Source: Ministeria vibrans ATCC 50519 (lineage: Eukaryota; Protista; Filasterea). Taken from it: a stretch of DNA of 44,920 bases. Made by a program: the position numbers and the translations under genes. Shown here piece after piece: positions 11,521-23,304 of this stretch. The notes below the pieces were generated by a model, which had not been told where the DNA came from, ran no database searches, and saw only the letters and a list, made by a program, of their open reading frames with translations. The stretch spans positions 1-44,920 of the forward strand of contig CALSCP010001887.1 of assembly GCA_943704425.1 (NCBI GenBank). The letters run 5' to 3'. Within the stretch, counting starts at the first letter, position 1, and each line of letters begins with the position of its first letter.

Positions 11521-13502
11521 ATGTCAGGTGTAAGGAGAAGCGAAAGAAAACGCACCGTTCGCGTGATCGAAGTGGAAGAGTCGAGCGAGAGCGACGAGGA
11601 GGCGGTGGTGGAGTATGTCGACTGCTAATCTCATAGTTCAGTTTTTGAAACCTCTTTTTCTCCTCATTGGGTGTGTTCTGCTTTGTACCAGAGTTCCTGT
11701 GAAGAAGCAAAAGACTACACGCATTACTTCGAAGGCTGTGGGCGCTGCGCCGGCTGCGAAAGACTCCCCCAAATCCGGTAGGCAAACGACGCAGTTCGAC
11801 GTTTCATTTGATTTTTTTTTGAATTTTAAATGACGCGCCTCTCAAATTGCGAAGCGGCCAAAGGAAAAGGACCGAAAGCATTGGCTGCAAAGGCGCCAGG
11901 TAAGCAATCTGAGACGGACGATTTTGCCTGATTTCTTCTTGTTGTCCTTCTCTGTTTTCTTTTCTCAAATGAATGTATTATTCCGTTGGGTGGTAAAGCG
12001 GGCAAGCTTCTTGTGCCAGGCACTGTCGTGCGCGATGGCGCATCCAAGACTGTGTGGACTGTGGGAAAGCTCTTGGGAACCGGTGGACATGGTGAGGTGT
12101 ATCTGGCAGAACGAGGGGAAGGGGTGGCCGTGAGCGCGTCACAGTGTGCGTTCGCGCTCAAGGTTGAGCCCATCAGCAAGAAAACCAAGGGCGCATCGAA
12201 TCCACTCGATACAGAGCGCGCCTTCTACCGTGAGTTTGGTCGTGAAGCGCAAATTCAGGCATGGAAGAAGACGCGCAAGGGGGTGCACGTGGGCATGCCC
12301 CGCTTGCATGGCTTTGGCGAGACACCCGCCCGCACTGGCTCAGGCACTCTCCAGTTCATCGTCATCGAGCGTCTCGGTGAGCCCCTCGACGCCATATTCG
12401 AACGGTGTGGTGTCTTTTCGATCAAGACAACCGCCGCTATTGCCATTCAAGTTGTACGAAACGAAGGGGAGAGAGAGAAAAGGGGGGACGAAAGAAAGTG
12501 ATAGAGAGAGAAAGGAAAGATGAACGAAACATAGTGATAGAGAAGATGAGAGAAAGAAAAAAAAGATAGAGAGCAAGGAAAGAAAAAAGAAAAAATGATA
12601 GAGAGGATGAGAGAAAGAAACAAAGTGATAGAGATGATAGGAGAAAGAAAAAATGATAGAAAGGATGGGAAGAAAGAAAAAATGATAGAGAAGATGAGAG
12701 AAAGAAAAAAATGATAGAGAGGATGGGAAGAAAGAAACAAAGGGATGGAGAGGATAGGAGAAAGAAAAAATGATAGAAAGGATAAAAAATTGATAGGGAA
12801 GATGAGATTGGAGTGGTTGAATTTTGACGCATGCGCTTTTTTTCCCCTTTTATATGTACAGTTGGATGCACTTGAGTATGTACACAGCGGCCACTTTGTG
12901 TTTGCAGACATCAAGAGCCAGAACCTGATGATGGGAGTGGGAGCGCAAGCCAATCGTGTGTTTATTGCCGATTTTGGCATTGCGTCAAAGTACTTCTTCT
13001 CGTACAACAAGAAGGTCCGTTCCCACGCGATAAATTGAATTGGCACTTACTCCTCACCACCACTACAATAGCACGTTGACTATGTGGAGCGCAAGGGGGC
13101 GTTTGACGGCACCATTGAGTATGCGTGTCGGGATGCGCACAAGGGCGCAAGTGTGTCGCGCAGAGGCGACATCGAGTCGCTTGCCTATCTCATGGTCCGC
13201 TGGGTCACCGGCTCTCTCTCCTGGCTCCACGAGCGCACGCATGATCCCGTCTTTAAGGTACTGAAACACCTGCCATCCACGTGTAAATAGTCACGATTTT
13301 TTTGAATTGGTCTGCGTAGGCGAAAAGTGCGCTTGTGATGGGCGGACACAAGAAATTGAACCTTCCGCCGTTTCTGCACCAATGGTTTGACGCGATCTCG
13401 CGCATGGACTATGCGGACGAGCCCAACTACAAGGTGCTCCGAGGATTGCTGCTCAAGGCTGTGGGCGGCAAGATGGACTACAAATACGATTGGTCGTCGT
13501 AG
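11521..13502 (+). CDS. VRK/casein kinase 1 family Ser/Thr kinase, multi-exon
   Basis: LGTGGHGEVY, ALKVEP, FIVIERLG, ADIKSQN, IADFGIA, DGTIEYACRDAHKG..SRRGDIESLAY and MDYADEPNY...YDW. ATG 11521; TAG 13500-13502. Confidence 0.85.
12455..12805. repeat. Intronic purine-rich minisatellite (~30-nt units such as AAAGAAAAAATGATAGAGAGGATGAG)
   Basis: Repeated degenerate units inside the kinase intron. Confidence 0.8.
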
Positions 13503-13747
13503 AGACGCTGTGTGTGTGTAATAGAACAACATCAGGAAGTACAGTTACATAGAGGAAATTAATAAGCAAGCACAATTCCATTCGTAGTGACTACGGAGTA
13601 CTCCGTACGGATTAGTGAGTATATCCTCTAATGTTTTTTTTACTATTCGTAATGAAAAGTTGAAAAAAAGATCAATGAAAATAATTAGGAGTTTTCCTGA
13701 TTGATTCTGATTTTTATATTGTAATTTTTATTTCTCACACTGTCTTT

Positions 13748-14700
13748 ATGATGATGCGACGCGTCGCTATCGGCGGGGCGATTGTCACAGCAATAGCGGT
13801 TCTGGTTGGGCTGCGATGGCTCACAGAGAGCTTTGACACGGGCGATGTGGATGCTCCGCCTGCCTTCCTGCACGACCGGTTTGACACGGTGGTGCTGCAC
13901 ACGGAGAGCCACCGCCGCCTGCATGTGCGTCTTCCCGCGCTGGGGCTGCCGGGGGTGTGCGACCGCCACGGTGCAATCCCGGGGAAGTTTCTCTTTCCCG
14001 TTGTGGGCAGGTAGGTCGACAAGTGCGCTCTGCACACATCAAAATTAATAATAATGTGCGATTGTGTGAACACGGATTATCGTCCCGTTCTGTAGCTTCT
14101 CGGGTCTCTGCTCGATGCGCGCTCTTCTTGTCACCATGCTATTGGCGTCGCTCTCTGGACGGACAGTCGTTTTGCCGCTGATGGTCGGCACGCGTCTGTC
14201 GCCGCAGGGCAACAATACGCATTTCAACAGCTTCCCCTGGGACATTCACGCTCTGCGTCAGCGCTATCCACACGTCATTGACTTTGAAGAGTTTGTCAAG
14301 CGCACGTCCACATGCACCTTGATGCAAACCCTTGCCGTCGCCGAGCTGAGCGAGGGCTTTGGCCAAAACAGGTACACGCGCGCAGTCGTCGCTGTTGCGC
14401 ACACATCCCGTCTCATTTTCGTTTGTGCCTTACTATGTAATAATGCTCTTGTATTATGATACTAACAAAACTTCTTTCTGTGCTTTTCTTTACACCCTAG
14501 TGGTCCCACTGAATGCTCGTCGCCCGTGCGCGGGTTTCCTCATCGTTTCAAATACTCGCGTCACTTGGAACTCACGCGAAACATTTGCTTCAAGATTCCT
14601 CGTTCCACAACTCCCACCGAAGAGGTAGCATTGTTATTATTATTAATAATAATAGTATTATTATTATCATTGTTGTTGTTGTTGTTGTTGTGTTGATAAA

Positions 14701-14737
<37 letters not shown>

Positions 14738-14802
14738 TATTATTAATAATTAATTTATTATTATTGTTATTATTATAATTATTGTTATTATTATTATTGT
14801 TA

Positions 14803-14879
<77 letters not shown>

Positions 14880-15983
14880 GTTATTAATTTTTTGTCATAG
14901 TGGAACCTTGTCAAGTACTTGCGAACCACCACTGAAGCAAGTGTTGCACTTGTGATGCGCCCGTCGTCCAGTCTGGATGCTCTCTATACGGAGGATGAGA
15001 CATACGATGCGCCACGCGAGCGCAACTTTGAGTCGAGTCCCGGCGTCATCAAGTGTGCCTTGCGCCACATAGAGCTGGTGAAAAAGAGAGCCAACCACAC
15101 GGGCGACCCGCTCTTTGTTGCAGTGAATCTGCAAGAAGGAGTCATTTCGCGCACTTTTGGCGGTCAACAAATGGGCAAAAACGGGATGCGTCGGTTTACG
15201 CAGAGCGTCACCAAGACGATCAGCGAAACGCTGCGCCGTGTTCAAGTTGGCCATGAAAACCGCCCGCTTGCGGTGTATCTGATAAGTGACTTGACCGGCA
15301 TACCCTGCGGTGGGATCCGCTTGCCCGGCATGCTCTTCACCCGGACAGAGCAGGATGTGAGTATTCCTCGTCCAGCTGCAGTGCCCTCAAACGCAGAGTA
15401 TTGTGGAGCAGAACTCGAATGGCTCACACCGTTCACCCAGGCCAGTCTTGTCAACATTAGCAAAAATCTGATGCATGAATGGGGTGTAAGAAAACAGAAC
15501 GAATAATAATAATAATTATTAATCAATGGTAATTAACACACTTTTAATGTTGTCAGGCGCAAATGATGTCCGAAGAGGCGCTCTGTCCTGACCTGATTGA
15601 TTCACTTGGTATGCGAAATACTTTTATTACTTATTGGTTCTCATGTTCCTTTGAGCAGATTATCATTTTGTCGACATCGAGATTGCACGTCAGTCCGAGG
15701 TGTTGGTTGCGTCTTTGAATTCGAGGTAAAATCATGAAAACATGTATAATAAGTTGTTTTACTGAGCACTTTCTTGCAAAAAAAAAAAAAAAACAGGTTG
15801 TGTATGAATCCATTTCTTGAAGAGTGGCGTCACGAGGCCAAGAAGACAACTCTGATTGTTCCTCGTTTGGATATTGTGCATACGATGAAGAATGCGCTCA
15901 AAGAAGACATTCACGCGGCCGGTCTCAAGGTCACCTCGGAACTGATCAAGTCGGGGTTGCCCAGTGATCATCTCCACGAGTAG
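13748..15983 (+). CDS. Type II membrane protein, putative O-fucosyltransferase-like glycosyltransferase, multi-exon
   Basis: N-terminal signal anchor. ASLSGRTVVLP, VIDFEEF, FVAVNL and VYLISD resemble O-FucT family segments (LNRTLVLP, YxAVHLR, VYIATD). Confidence 0.45.
14630..14890. repeat. Intronic (TAT/TAA/GTT)n trinucleotide microsatellite
   Basis: Read directly from the sequence. Confidence 0.95.
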
Positions 15984-16283
15984 GAGAGCATACTCACCCT
16001 GAAACCCAAAAGTGACAGAGCGAGTGTTGAAACTGTTGATTTGGAGATATAAAATATGTTGTAATTACTATTGACCATTCATTCCAACCCCTTTTATTTA
16101 TTAATATTAAACTACTACTATAAACTACTACTATCTAAGCTTTCCTATGAGAAAAACACGTCTCTATAGTCTATAATCTGTGAATCTAAATCAAAATAAT
16201 GTTATATTATTAATTTATTAATTATTTGGATGAATTGATTTTTTTTTAATCAACTTTTATTTCTTTTTGAAAGGTGTTTACGC

Positions 16284-16985
16284 ATGAGAGTGCTACTGAT
16301 CGCCTTGGTGGTGGCAACTGTGACGATCGGCTCGGCAAGTGCCGCGTCGGTGATGGCGATCGATTTTGGTTCGGAGTGGATGAAGGTCACTCTGGTGAAG
16401 CCTGGCGTGCCCATGGAGATTGTCCTGAACAAGGATAGCTCGCGAAAGACCCCCATGTTCATTGGCGTGAACAAGGACGAGCTGATGGTCGGAATTGACG
16501 CCAAGAATTTCGTAAGCCAATCGTTTCGCGACTCGTCAAATGTCATGCCGTCGCGATCACGCGATCGCGCTTGCCGCCCCACTCCCCCTGCTGTGTTCCT
16601 GCCGTGTCTTTGAGCCCCATCAAACTGCCCACAGATGCACACGTGGAAGTTTGACATGACTTTTTTCTCTTTTCCTTTTTTTTTTGTCTCCGTCTTCTCA
16701 CTGTTTCTCTCTCTCTCTCTCTCTAACACACACACACACTTCGTTTGCTCCGGTTTCTTTTCTCAGGGTGTTCGCAAGCCAACGTTGTCGTTCGGCTACC
16801 TTCAAATGCTCCTGGGCCAAAGCATCAACAGCAGGTAGGGATGACGATGATTAATGGCTGATGTGCCACCGCACGCGCTGTGTGTCCATGCGCACTCTAC
16901 TCGTCAATGTGCATCCTTACGCCTTCCCTCTCCTTAATTATGCATATATCCATAATAATTATGTATATCCCATTATTATTATTAC

Positions 16986-17022
<37 letters not shown>

Positions 17023-20002
17023 TTTATTATAACGTATAAATTATTGTGTTGGTCGACACAGTCGAACACACTAATTTGTAAAATAATACTCTTGTTTGTC
17101 TTGCAGCCAAGTGGAACAGTACAGACAAATGTTTCCTCACCACAAGTTGGTGCCTTCGACAAATGGACGTGATACAGTCGAGTTTGAGAGTGTGGGCATG
17201 GGCCCCGAGGAGTTGTTGTCCATCGCCTTCCGCGAGGCGCGTCGCACCGCCGAGGTTGCCTCGGAGGAGACCACACGAAGTGCCGTCATCACTGTGCCGC
17301 CTTTCTTCTCGCAAGTGCAACGCGAGGCAGTTTTGCTTGCTGCAGAGCTTGCCGAGATCAATGTGCTCCAGCTACTCAATGCCAACACAGCTTCCGCACT
17401 GCACTACGCCGTCTTCCGTCAAAAGTCCTTTAACAAGACGGCAAGCCATGTTGTCTTCTTTGACATGGGCGCAAGCAACACGGTTGCAACCCTTGCTGCC
17501 TTTAGTGTCGAGGAGCGCAAAACTACCAGTACCCTTCGTCCCAAGGAGAGCGTAAGGAAAATCAAAGAAAAGAAATGCAAAAAGGACACGGGAACAAATC
17601 TTTTTCCTTCTTCTTTTTTTATTTTCGGTGATACAGGTTCCCAAGGTGGAAATTTTGTCGGTGGCGTACGATTCGGCGATTGGCGGACTTGACTTCGAGC
17701 TACAGCTGTTGACGCACCTTGTCAAGGCGGCACAAGAGATGAAGGGTGTGAAGAGCATTGTGCTCGAGAACCCGCGTGCTATGGCCAAGCTGCGAAAGGA
17801 GGCGAAGCGCGTCAAGGAAGTGTTGTCGGCGAACCAGGAGACCAACGCACAGGTTGAGTCGCTCATTGACGATATCGACTTTAAGCTGGCCGTGACGCGT
17901 GCCGAATTTGAAGACATGTGCTTGCCGCTGTTTGAGCGAATTATTGCGCCGCTACAACGGTGTGTCAAGGAGAGCCCGGTCGAGTGGTCCGACGTGCAGC
18001 AGGTGATGCTGGTGGGCGGTGGCATGCGCATTCCGCGCGTGCAGGCTATGCTGATGGAGACGAGCGGCAAGAGCGAGTTGGGCAAGAGTATCAACGCTGA
18101 CGAGGCGCCTGCGCTGGGCGCCGTGTACCGTGCCGCTGACCTGTCACCATCGGTGCTCACCAAGGAGATCATCATCAAGGACTTCAACATGTTTCCCGTT
18201 GAGGTAGTCTTTGACCGACCGGCATACACGTCGACGGGCGACGATGGCGTCACGCCTGAGGAGCATCCGGCGAAGCGTATCCGCAAGACGCTTTTTGGTC
18301 ACGGTCAGCGTATTCCCGTGCGCAAGGCGGTTACGTTTGCGCATCAGGAAGAAGACTTTGATGTCTACGTGGTGTACGGCGACGGAGGCGAAAATGTCGA
18401 CGCGATGCCACCCTTTGTCAACGTGTCCACCGTTCACGTTTCGGGCGTTTCCGGTGTGCTCTCGCAGCACAAGGACGACCTCAACAAGGGTGTCAAGGTG
18501 TCGTTTGCGCTTGACGCGAGCGGTCTCATTGCCGTGGGCTATGCCGAGGCGTCCTTTGAGCGCAACGTGACCGTCATCAAGCAGAAGCCCAAGAGCACGC
18601 TCGAGAGCATCTCCGATACTATCTCGTCGTTCTTTTCGGGTGGCGAAGGGGAAAAGGACGAGGGTAAGGAGGCGACGGAGGAGAGTCAGGAGGGCACGAA
18701 CGACGAGACCAAGGACGAGAGTAAGGAAGAGACAAAGGAAGAGCCTAAGGAAGAGCCTAAGGAAGAGAGTCAGGAGGAATCCAAGGAGGAGTCCAAGGAG
18801 GAGTCCAAGGAGGAGTCTAAGGAGGAGTCCAAGGAGGAGTCCAAGGAGGAGTCCAAGGAGGAGTCTAAGGAGGAGTCAAAGGAGGAGTCTAAGGAAAGTG
18901 GCGAAGAGGAGGCAAAGGAAGGTGACGAGGCAGTGAAGGCAGCGGTGAACGAGACGGCGGTGGAGACAGAGACATCGTTTGAGATGAAGATTGTCAAGGA
19001 GAAGTTGGAAGTGCGACGTGAGCATGGCCACAAGCTGACGGCAAGCACCTCTGAGGTGACGCTGATCCGCGAACACCTCAACAAATTGCATGAGGCACAA
19101 GCGGTGCGCAAGGAGAAGGAGCAAGAGAAGAACACGCTCGAGTCGTTCATCTATGCGACACGCGAGAAGCTGTACGATGACGAAATGCTCGAGTACGCAA
19201 CGGAGACGGAGCGTGACGCAATCGGATCACTGCTGAGCGAGACGGGCGACTGGCTCGAGGATGAAGGAGAGGATGCAGACGCCGCGACGTACCGCGAAAA
19301 GGCCGGGGCGCTCCATGCGCTTACGGACGATTGGTTTATGCGTCTCAAGGAAATTGAGGCTCTGCCAAAGGTGCGGAATATCGATGAGCATTTTTTTTGT
19401 AATAACTTTTTTGATGTCGTTTGTAGGCACTGAAAGTGCTCAAGGCTAGCCTGAATGAGACGATGATGTTTGTGAGCTATGTGAAGAAGATGAATTCGAC
19501 GATGCGGTACCACACGGAGGAGGAGATTGACGGGATTATGGGGCAGGTGAATGCAACGTACGCGTGGCTCAGCAATGCGACGGACCTGCACGAAAAGGTG
19601 GCCAAGCACGAAGATTCCGTGCTGCGCTCGTCGGATGTGCTGGACAAGGCCAACCAGTTGGACATTGCGACGCGTCTGTTGCTGCGTAAGCGTCCGCCGC
19701 CGCCACCACCACCGCCGCCACCGTCCGCGAAGAAGGACAAGAAGAAGGGTAAAAAGGGAAAGAAGGGAAAGAAGGCGCCCAAGAAGACGCCTGTGGGCGA
19801 CGACGCTGACACCTCGCCCGTGCCCGACGACGACACTACCACGTCGGACAGCGAAGGGACGTCGCCTGTGCCCGACGTCGACCCTACGGTCGACAGCGAG
19901 ACGCAGGACAAGGAGAAGGACCCAGAGGCCGAGACGACGCCCGAGACGGACGAAGAAGCGACTGCTGACAAGACGTCAAGTGACGAAAAGACCGATTTGT
20001 GA
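16284..20002 (+). CDS. HYOU1: ER Hsp70-family chaperone/nucleotide exchange factor GRP170 (hypoxia up-regulated 1 / Lhs1)
   Basis: Signal peptide, VMAIDFGSEWMKV..VKPGVPMEIVLNKDSSRKTP, VITVPPFF, FFDMGA, LVGGGMRIPRVQ, INADE, KNTLESFIY, and a C-terminal KTDL (KDEL-like). Confidence 0.93.
18715..18900 (+). repeat. Coding 12-nt tandem repeat (EESK)n in the HYOU1 acidic insertion
   Basis: Repeated GAGGAGTCCAAG units. Confidence 0.9.
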
Positions 20003-20232
20003 AGAGCAAGCATGCGAGAGAGGGAGAGTGATTGAGATTGAGAAAGAAACAAAGTAGTGAGAGTGAGACATAGTACGAGAAAAAACAAAAGTGAAAGATC
20101 ACCCAATAAAAACATTAAAATACAATACAGTTTGAACTGAAATGCACTACCAAAACAAAACTAAACAGAACAAAAAAATACATATTAATTTATATATTAT
20201 ACTATTTGATGGGAAGTGAACAAGACGATTCA

Positions 20233-22359
20233 TCAGACGTGAGCGAGCGGGTCGTGAGGATTGGCGTGGCGCGCGGCAAGGCGCTCACGAGCCTCCGGGT
20301 GAGCGTCGCGTGCCGCCATCTCGTAGAGGCGCAGAGCATCGGCAAGGCGCGCCGTTTCGGAGACGCCTCGTCGGTCCTCAATGCAGCGCGCCAGACGGAA
20401 CCGCGCCTCGGCATTGCCCAGTTCGTGTCCACGCGAGTACCAGCGCACCGCCTCGGCGTCATCCAGCGCCACGCCGAGTCCCTCCTCGAGCATCTCTGCG
20501 TAGTTGAGCAGCGCCTCTTCGTCGTCCTGCTCGGCTGCCAGCAGAAACCACGAAGCGCCTTCCGCCAACGACTGCTCCACGCCACAACCCGAGCAATACG
20601 CAATTCCCAGGGCGCACTGCGCCTTGGCATATCCCTAGGAGAAAAGCAAGGACGAAACGTTAGTGAGAATAAAGAGAAGCACAGACGTGCAGCTGCGCTA
20701 ATATTACTCTGTCGGCAGCACGTCGATAGTAAGCGGCGGCGGACGCAGGCGAGACGCCTTCGAGAAGCAGACCCTGGCCGTACATGTTGGCAAGGTTGTA
20801 AACGGCATCAAGCGAGCCCTTGGCCATGGCAATGCGAAAGTGACCCTCGGCCGTCTCGTAGTCGCCCTCGACCAGACAGCAGTAGCCCAGGTTGTTGATG
20901 GCCCCTGCGTGGTGCTGCTCGGCGGCCGCACCGTACAGCTGCTTGGCCAAACTCAAGTCTGCCGGCATGCCGTGGCCCGCCTCGCAGCATACACCCAGAT
21001 TGTTCTGCGCCGCTGCGTGGCCCTGGGCTGCTGCCTTGCGGAACCACGCAACTGCCTCGCCGGCATTGCGCGCCACGCCCTTGCCACTGTAGTACAGCGA
21101 GCCCAGATTGTTTTCAGCTCGAGCGTATCCTTGCACGGCTGCTCGACGGTACAGCCGTGCTGCCCGTGCGCTTCCCGAGTCTCCCTCGCCACTTGTACTT
21201 GCTGTCTCCGCTGCCGTGTCCCCCTGGTCGCTGCTGGCGTCCACGCGGCCATGTTCGTACAGATACCCCAGATTGGTCAGTGCATCGGGGTGATCCTGAT
21301 CAGCTGCACGTCGGTAAAATGTGACGGCAGCAGCAATGTCGCACTCGCACCCTTTGCCCGCTTCGTAGAGTCGCCCGAGTGCATTGAGTGCGTCTGCGTG
21401 GTCCTTCTCGGCGGCCACACGGTACCAGTGCAACGCCGCCTGTATGTCGGTGGCCACACCAAGTCCCTTTTCGTAGCAAGCACCCACCATGTTAGCGGCG
21501 TCTGCAAGGCCAAAGCGTGCGGCGGCAAGACCACGCTTGAAGGCCAGGTCGTGCGACGGCTCGACTCCCACACCAAACATGTACTTGCACGCCTGCAGGT
21601 ACAGCGTTGTGGCACCGTCCTCATCCATGGGCTCCCAGTCTGGGGTTCCCGATGCCAATGCAAGGTTTCGGATGCCCTATGCAACATGGGGTCAATAAGA
21701 CAATTTGACGGGGGGTTTGTTGTTCGCTGCGTGCACCTGTGTCGCCTGACGCGATCCTTGCGTTGCCACATCGGCGATTTTGATGGCTGTCGTTGTCAAG
21801 AGATCTTGACACTCTTTTTCAATATCTTCCGCAAGCTCGTCCGCGCGTTTGCCAAATTTCTTATTGACAAAGTGAGTTGAGGTGCGAAGGCTGCAGAGTG
21901 ATTGACATAATAATGTGATAGAAGAAGAAGAATGCAGTCCATTGAATTGTTACAATTGATCATGGTGAGTGTTGGTCAGTCATGAACTGCCTTGAATACC
22001 TTGCAAACAGTGTAAATGCCTCAGCGAGGGGTTCGTGAAGTCGACCAAGCGACGTTTTCATGACTGCCTCGTCTTCCAGCCCTCGAATGTCGTCCTGGTG
22101 AGAGAGAATTCGATCCTGCAATGCAAAAATTCAAAAAATTCAAATGGGAAACAAGAGAAGCAGTGAACCAGCGCACCTTGACCGCCTCAAAGCGTTTTAA
22201 CAGATCATCGCCATGCTGTGGGACAGAAGAACGGAGTTGAGAAACGGGCTGAAAGTGGTTTGGCGCTGACGAAACAATCACCTTGAATTTTTTGGCGACG
22301 GACGCCGTGTGCAGACACAGTTGAACCAAAAGCTCAACGCAGCTGTCGATTGTAGTCAT
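20233..22359 (-). CDS. Sel1-like repeat (SLR) protein, multi-exon
   Basis: Many repeats of the type A.NNLG.LY..G.GV..D...A..WFRKAA.QG in ORFs 20660..21658 and 20233..20580. The upstream exons from 22359 are less certain. Confidence 0.85.
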
Positions 22360-22484
22360 TTGGTGATCAAATATAGTGTATGAAAACTATGAATATTATG
22401 AATCGATGATTATCAAATTCAATGTTTTGACAGTGTGAGTTGTTATGATTTGTAATCAACTCACAAAGCGAAACAACGAAAGGA

Positions 22485-23063
22485 TCACGCTCTTGGTCGC
22501 AGCCCTGATCCGACGATGACAGCCATGCTGCTGCCTTCAACCGAAAGACTAAAGGCAGGAGAGACGCGCACGTGCTCCAGCCGGGCATTCGTGAGGAACG
22601 CAAGGCACTGCGGTTGCGAAAAGCCAAAGCCCTCTGCTCCCTCTCCTCCCTCTCCTGACGCCTCCCAATCCCAATGAACAAAGAGCCCGCCGGGCGCAAG
22701 GAGGCGACTGAGGCGTGCAACCGTTGCGCCTGCGTCATCGACGAACGAGAGCACACTCGACGCGACAATCACACTGAACTTGTCCGTCAGACTCTCGAGC
22801 GAATTCACCGTCTCAACATTTGCCAAATTCTTAGCCGTCACTTGCTTCAACATTTCCGTCGACGTGTCCATCGCTACCACGCGCTGCGCCCGCTTCGAAA
22901 GCATTGCAGTCAATACTCCGCTTCCGCAGCCAAAGTCAAGGACCGTCTCCACTGGGACACGTCGCTGCGCCACTTCGCGCTCAAGGGACGAATACGCCAA
23001 CTCGGCGTACGCGTGCACTTGTGCGTTGTCCTCCCACGTGGCCGCCTCGTCGTCCCAATTCAT
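22485..23063 (-). CDS. Intronless class I SAM-dependent methyltransferase
   Basis: Motif I VLDFGCGSG, VVAMDTSTEML, VIVASSVLSFV and LAPGGLFVHWDW. Confidence 0.88.
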   Translation of the reverse strand: MNWDDEAATWEDNAQVHAYAELAYSSLEREVAQRRVPVETVLDFGCGSGVLTAMLSKRAQRVVAMDTSTEMLKQVTAKNLANVETVNSLESLTDKFSVIVASSVLSFVDDAGATVARLSRLLAPGGLFVHWDWEASGEGGEGAEGFGFSQPQCLAFLTNARLEHVRVSPAFSLSVEGSSMAVIVGSGLRPRA

Positions 23064-23304
23064 TGTGGCAAAAGTATTATTCGAATTTCGAATAAAAAAT
23101 AAATGAAGTGAATTCGTGAAAAATTCTCATTATTGATCGGGATTTGTGCTGCTCTTTGCTTTTTATAATGTCTTGTTTTGTCATTGGGTACAACTCTCTA
23201 TTATCTATTTAATAACTTCTTGTTAGGAATGTATTATTAACACTACAAGTAATACAATGCATTCGCGATAGGCTAGCCCCGAGCATCCTCGCCGGTAACG
23301 AACG

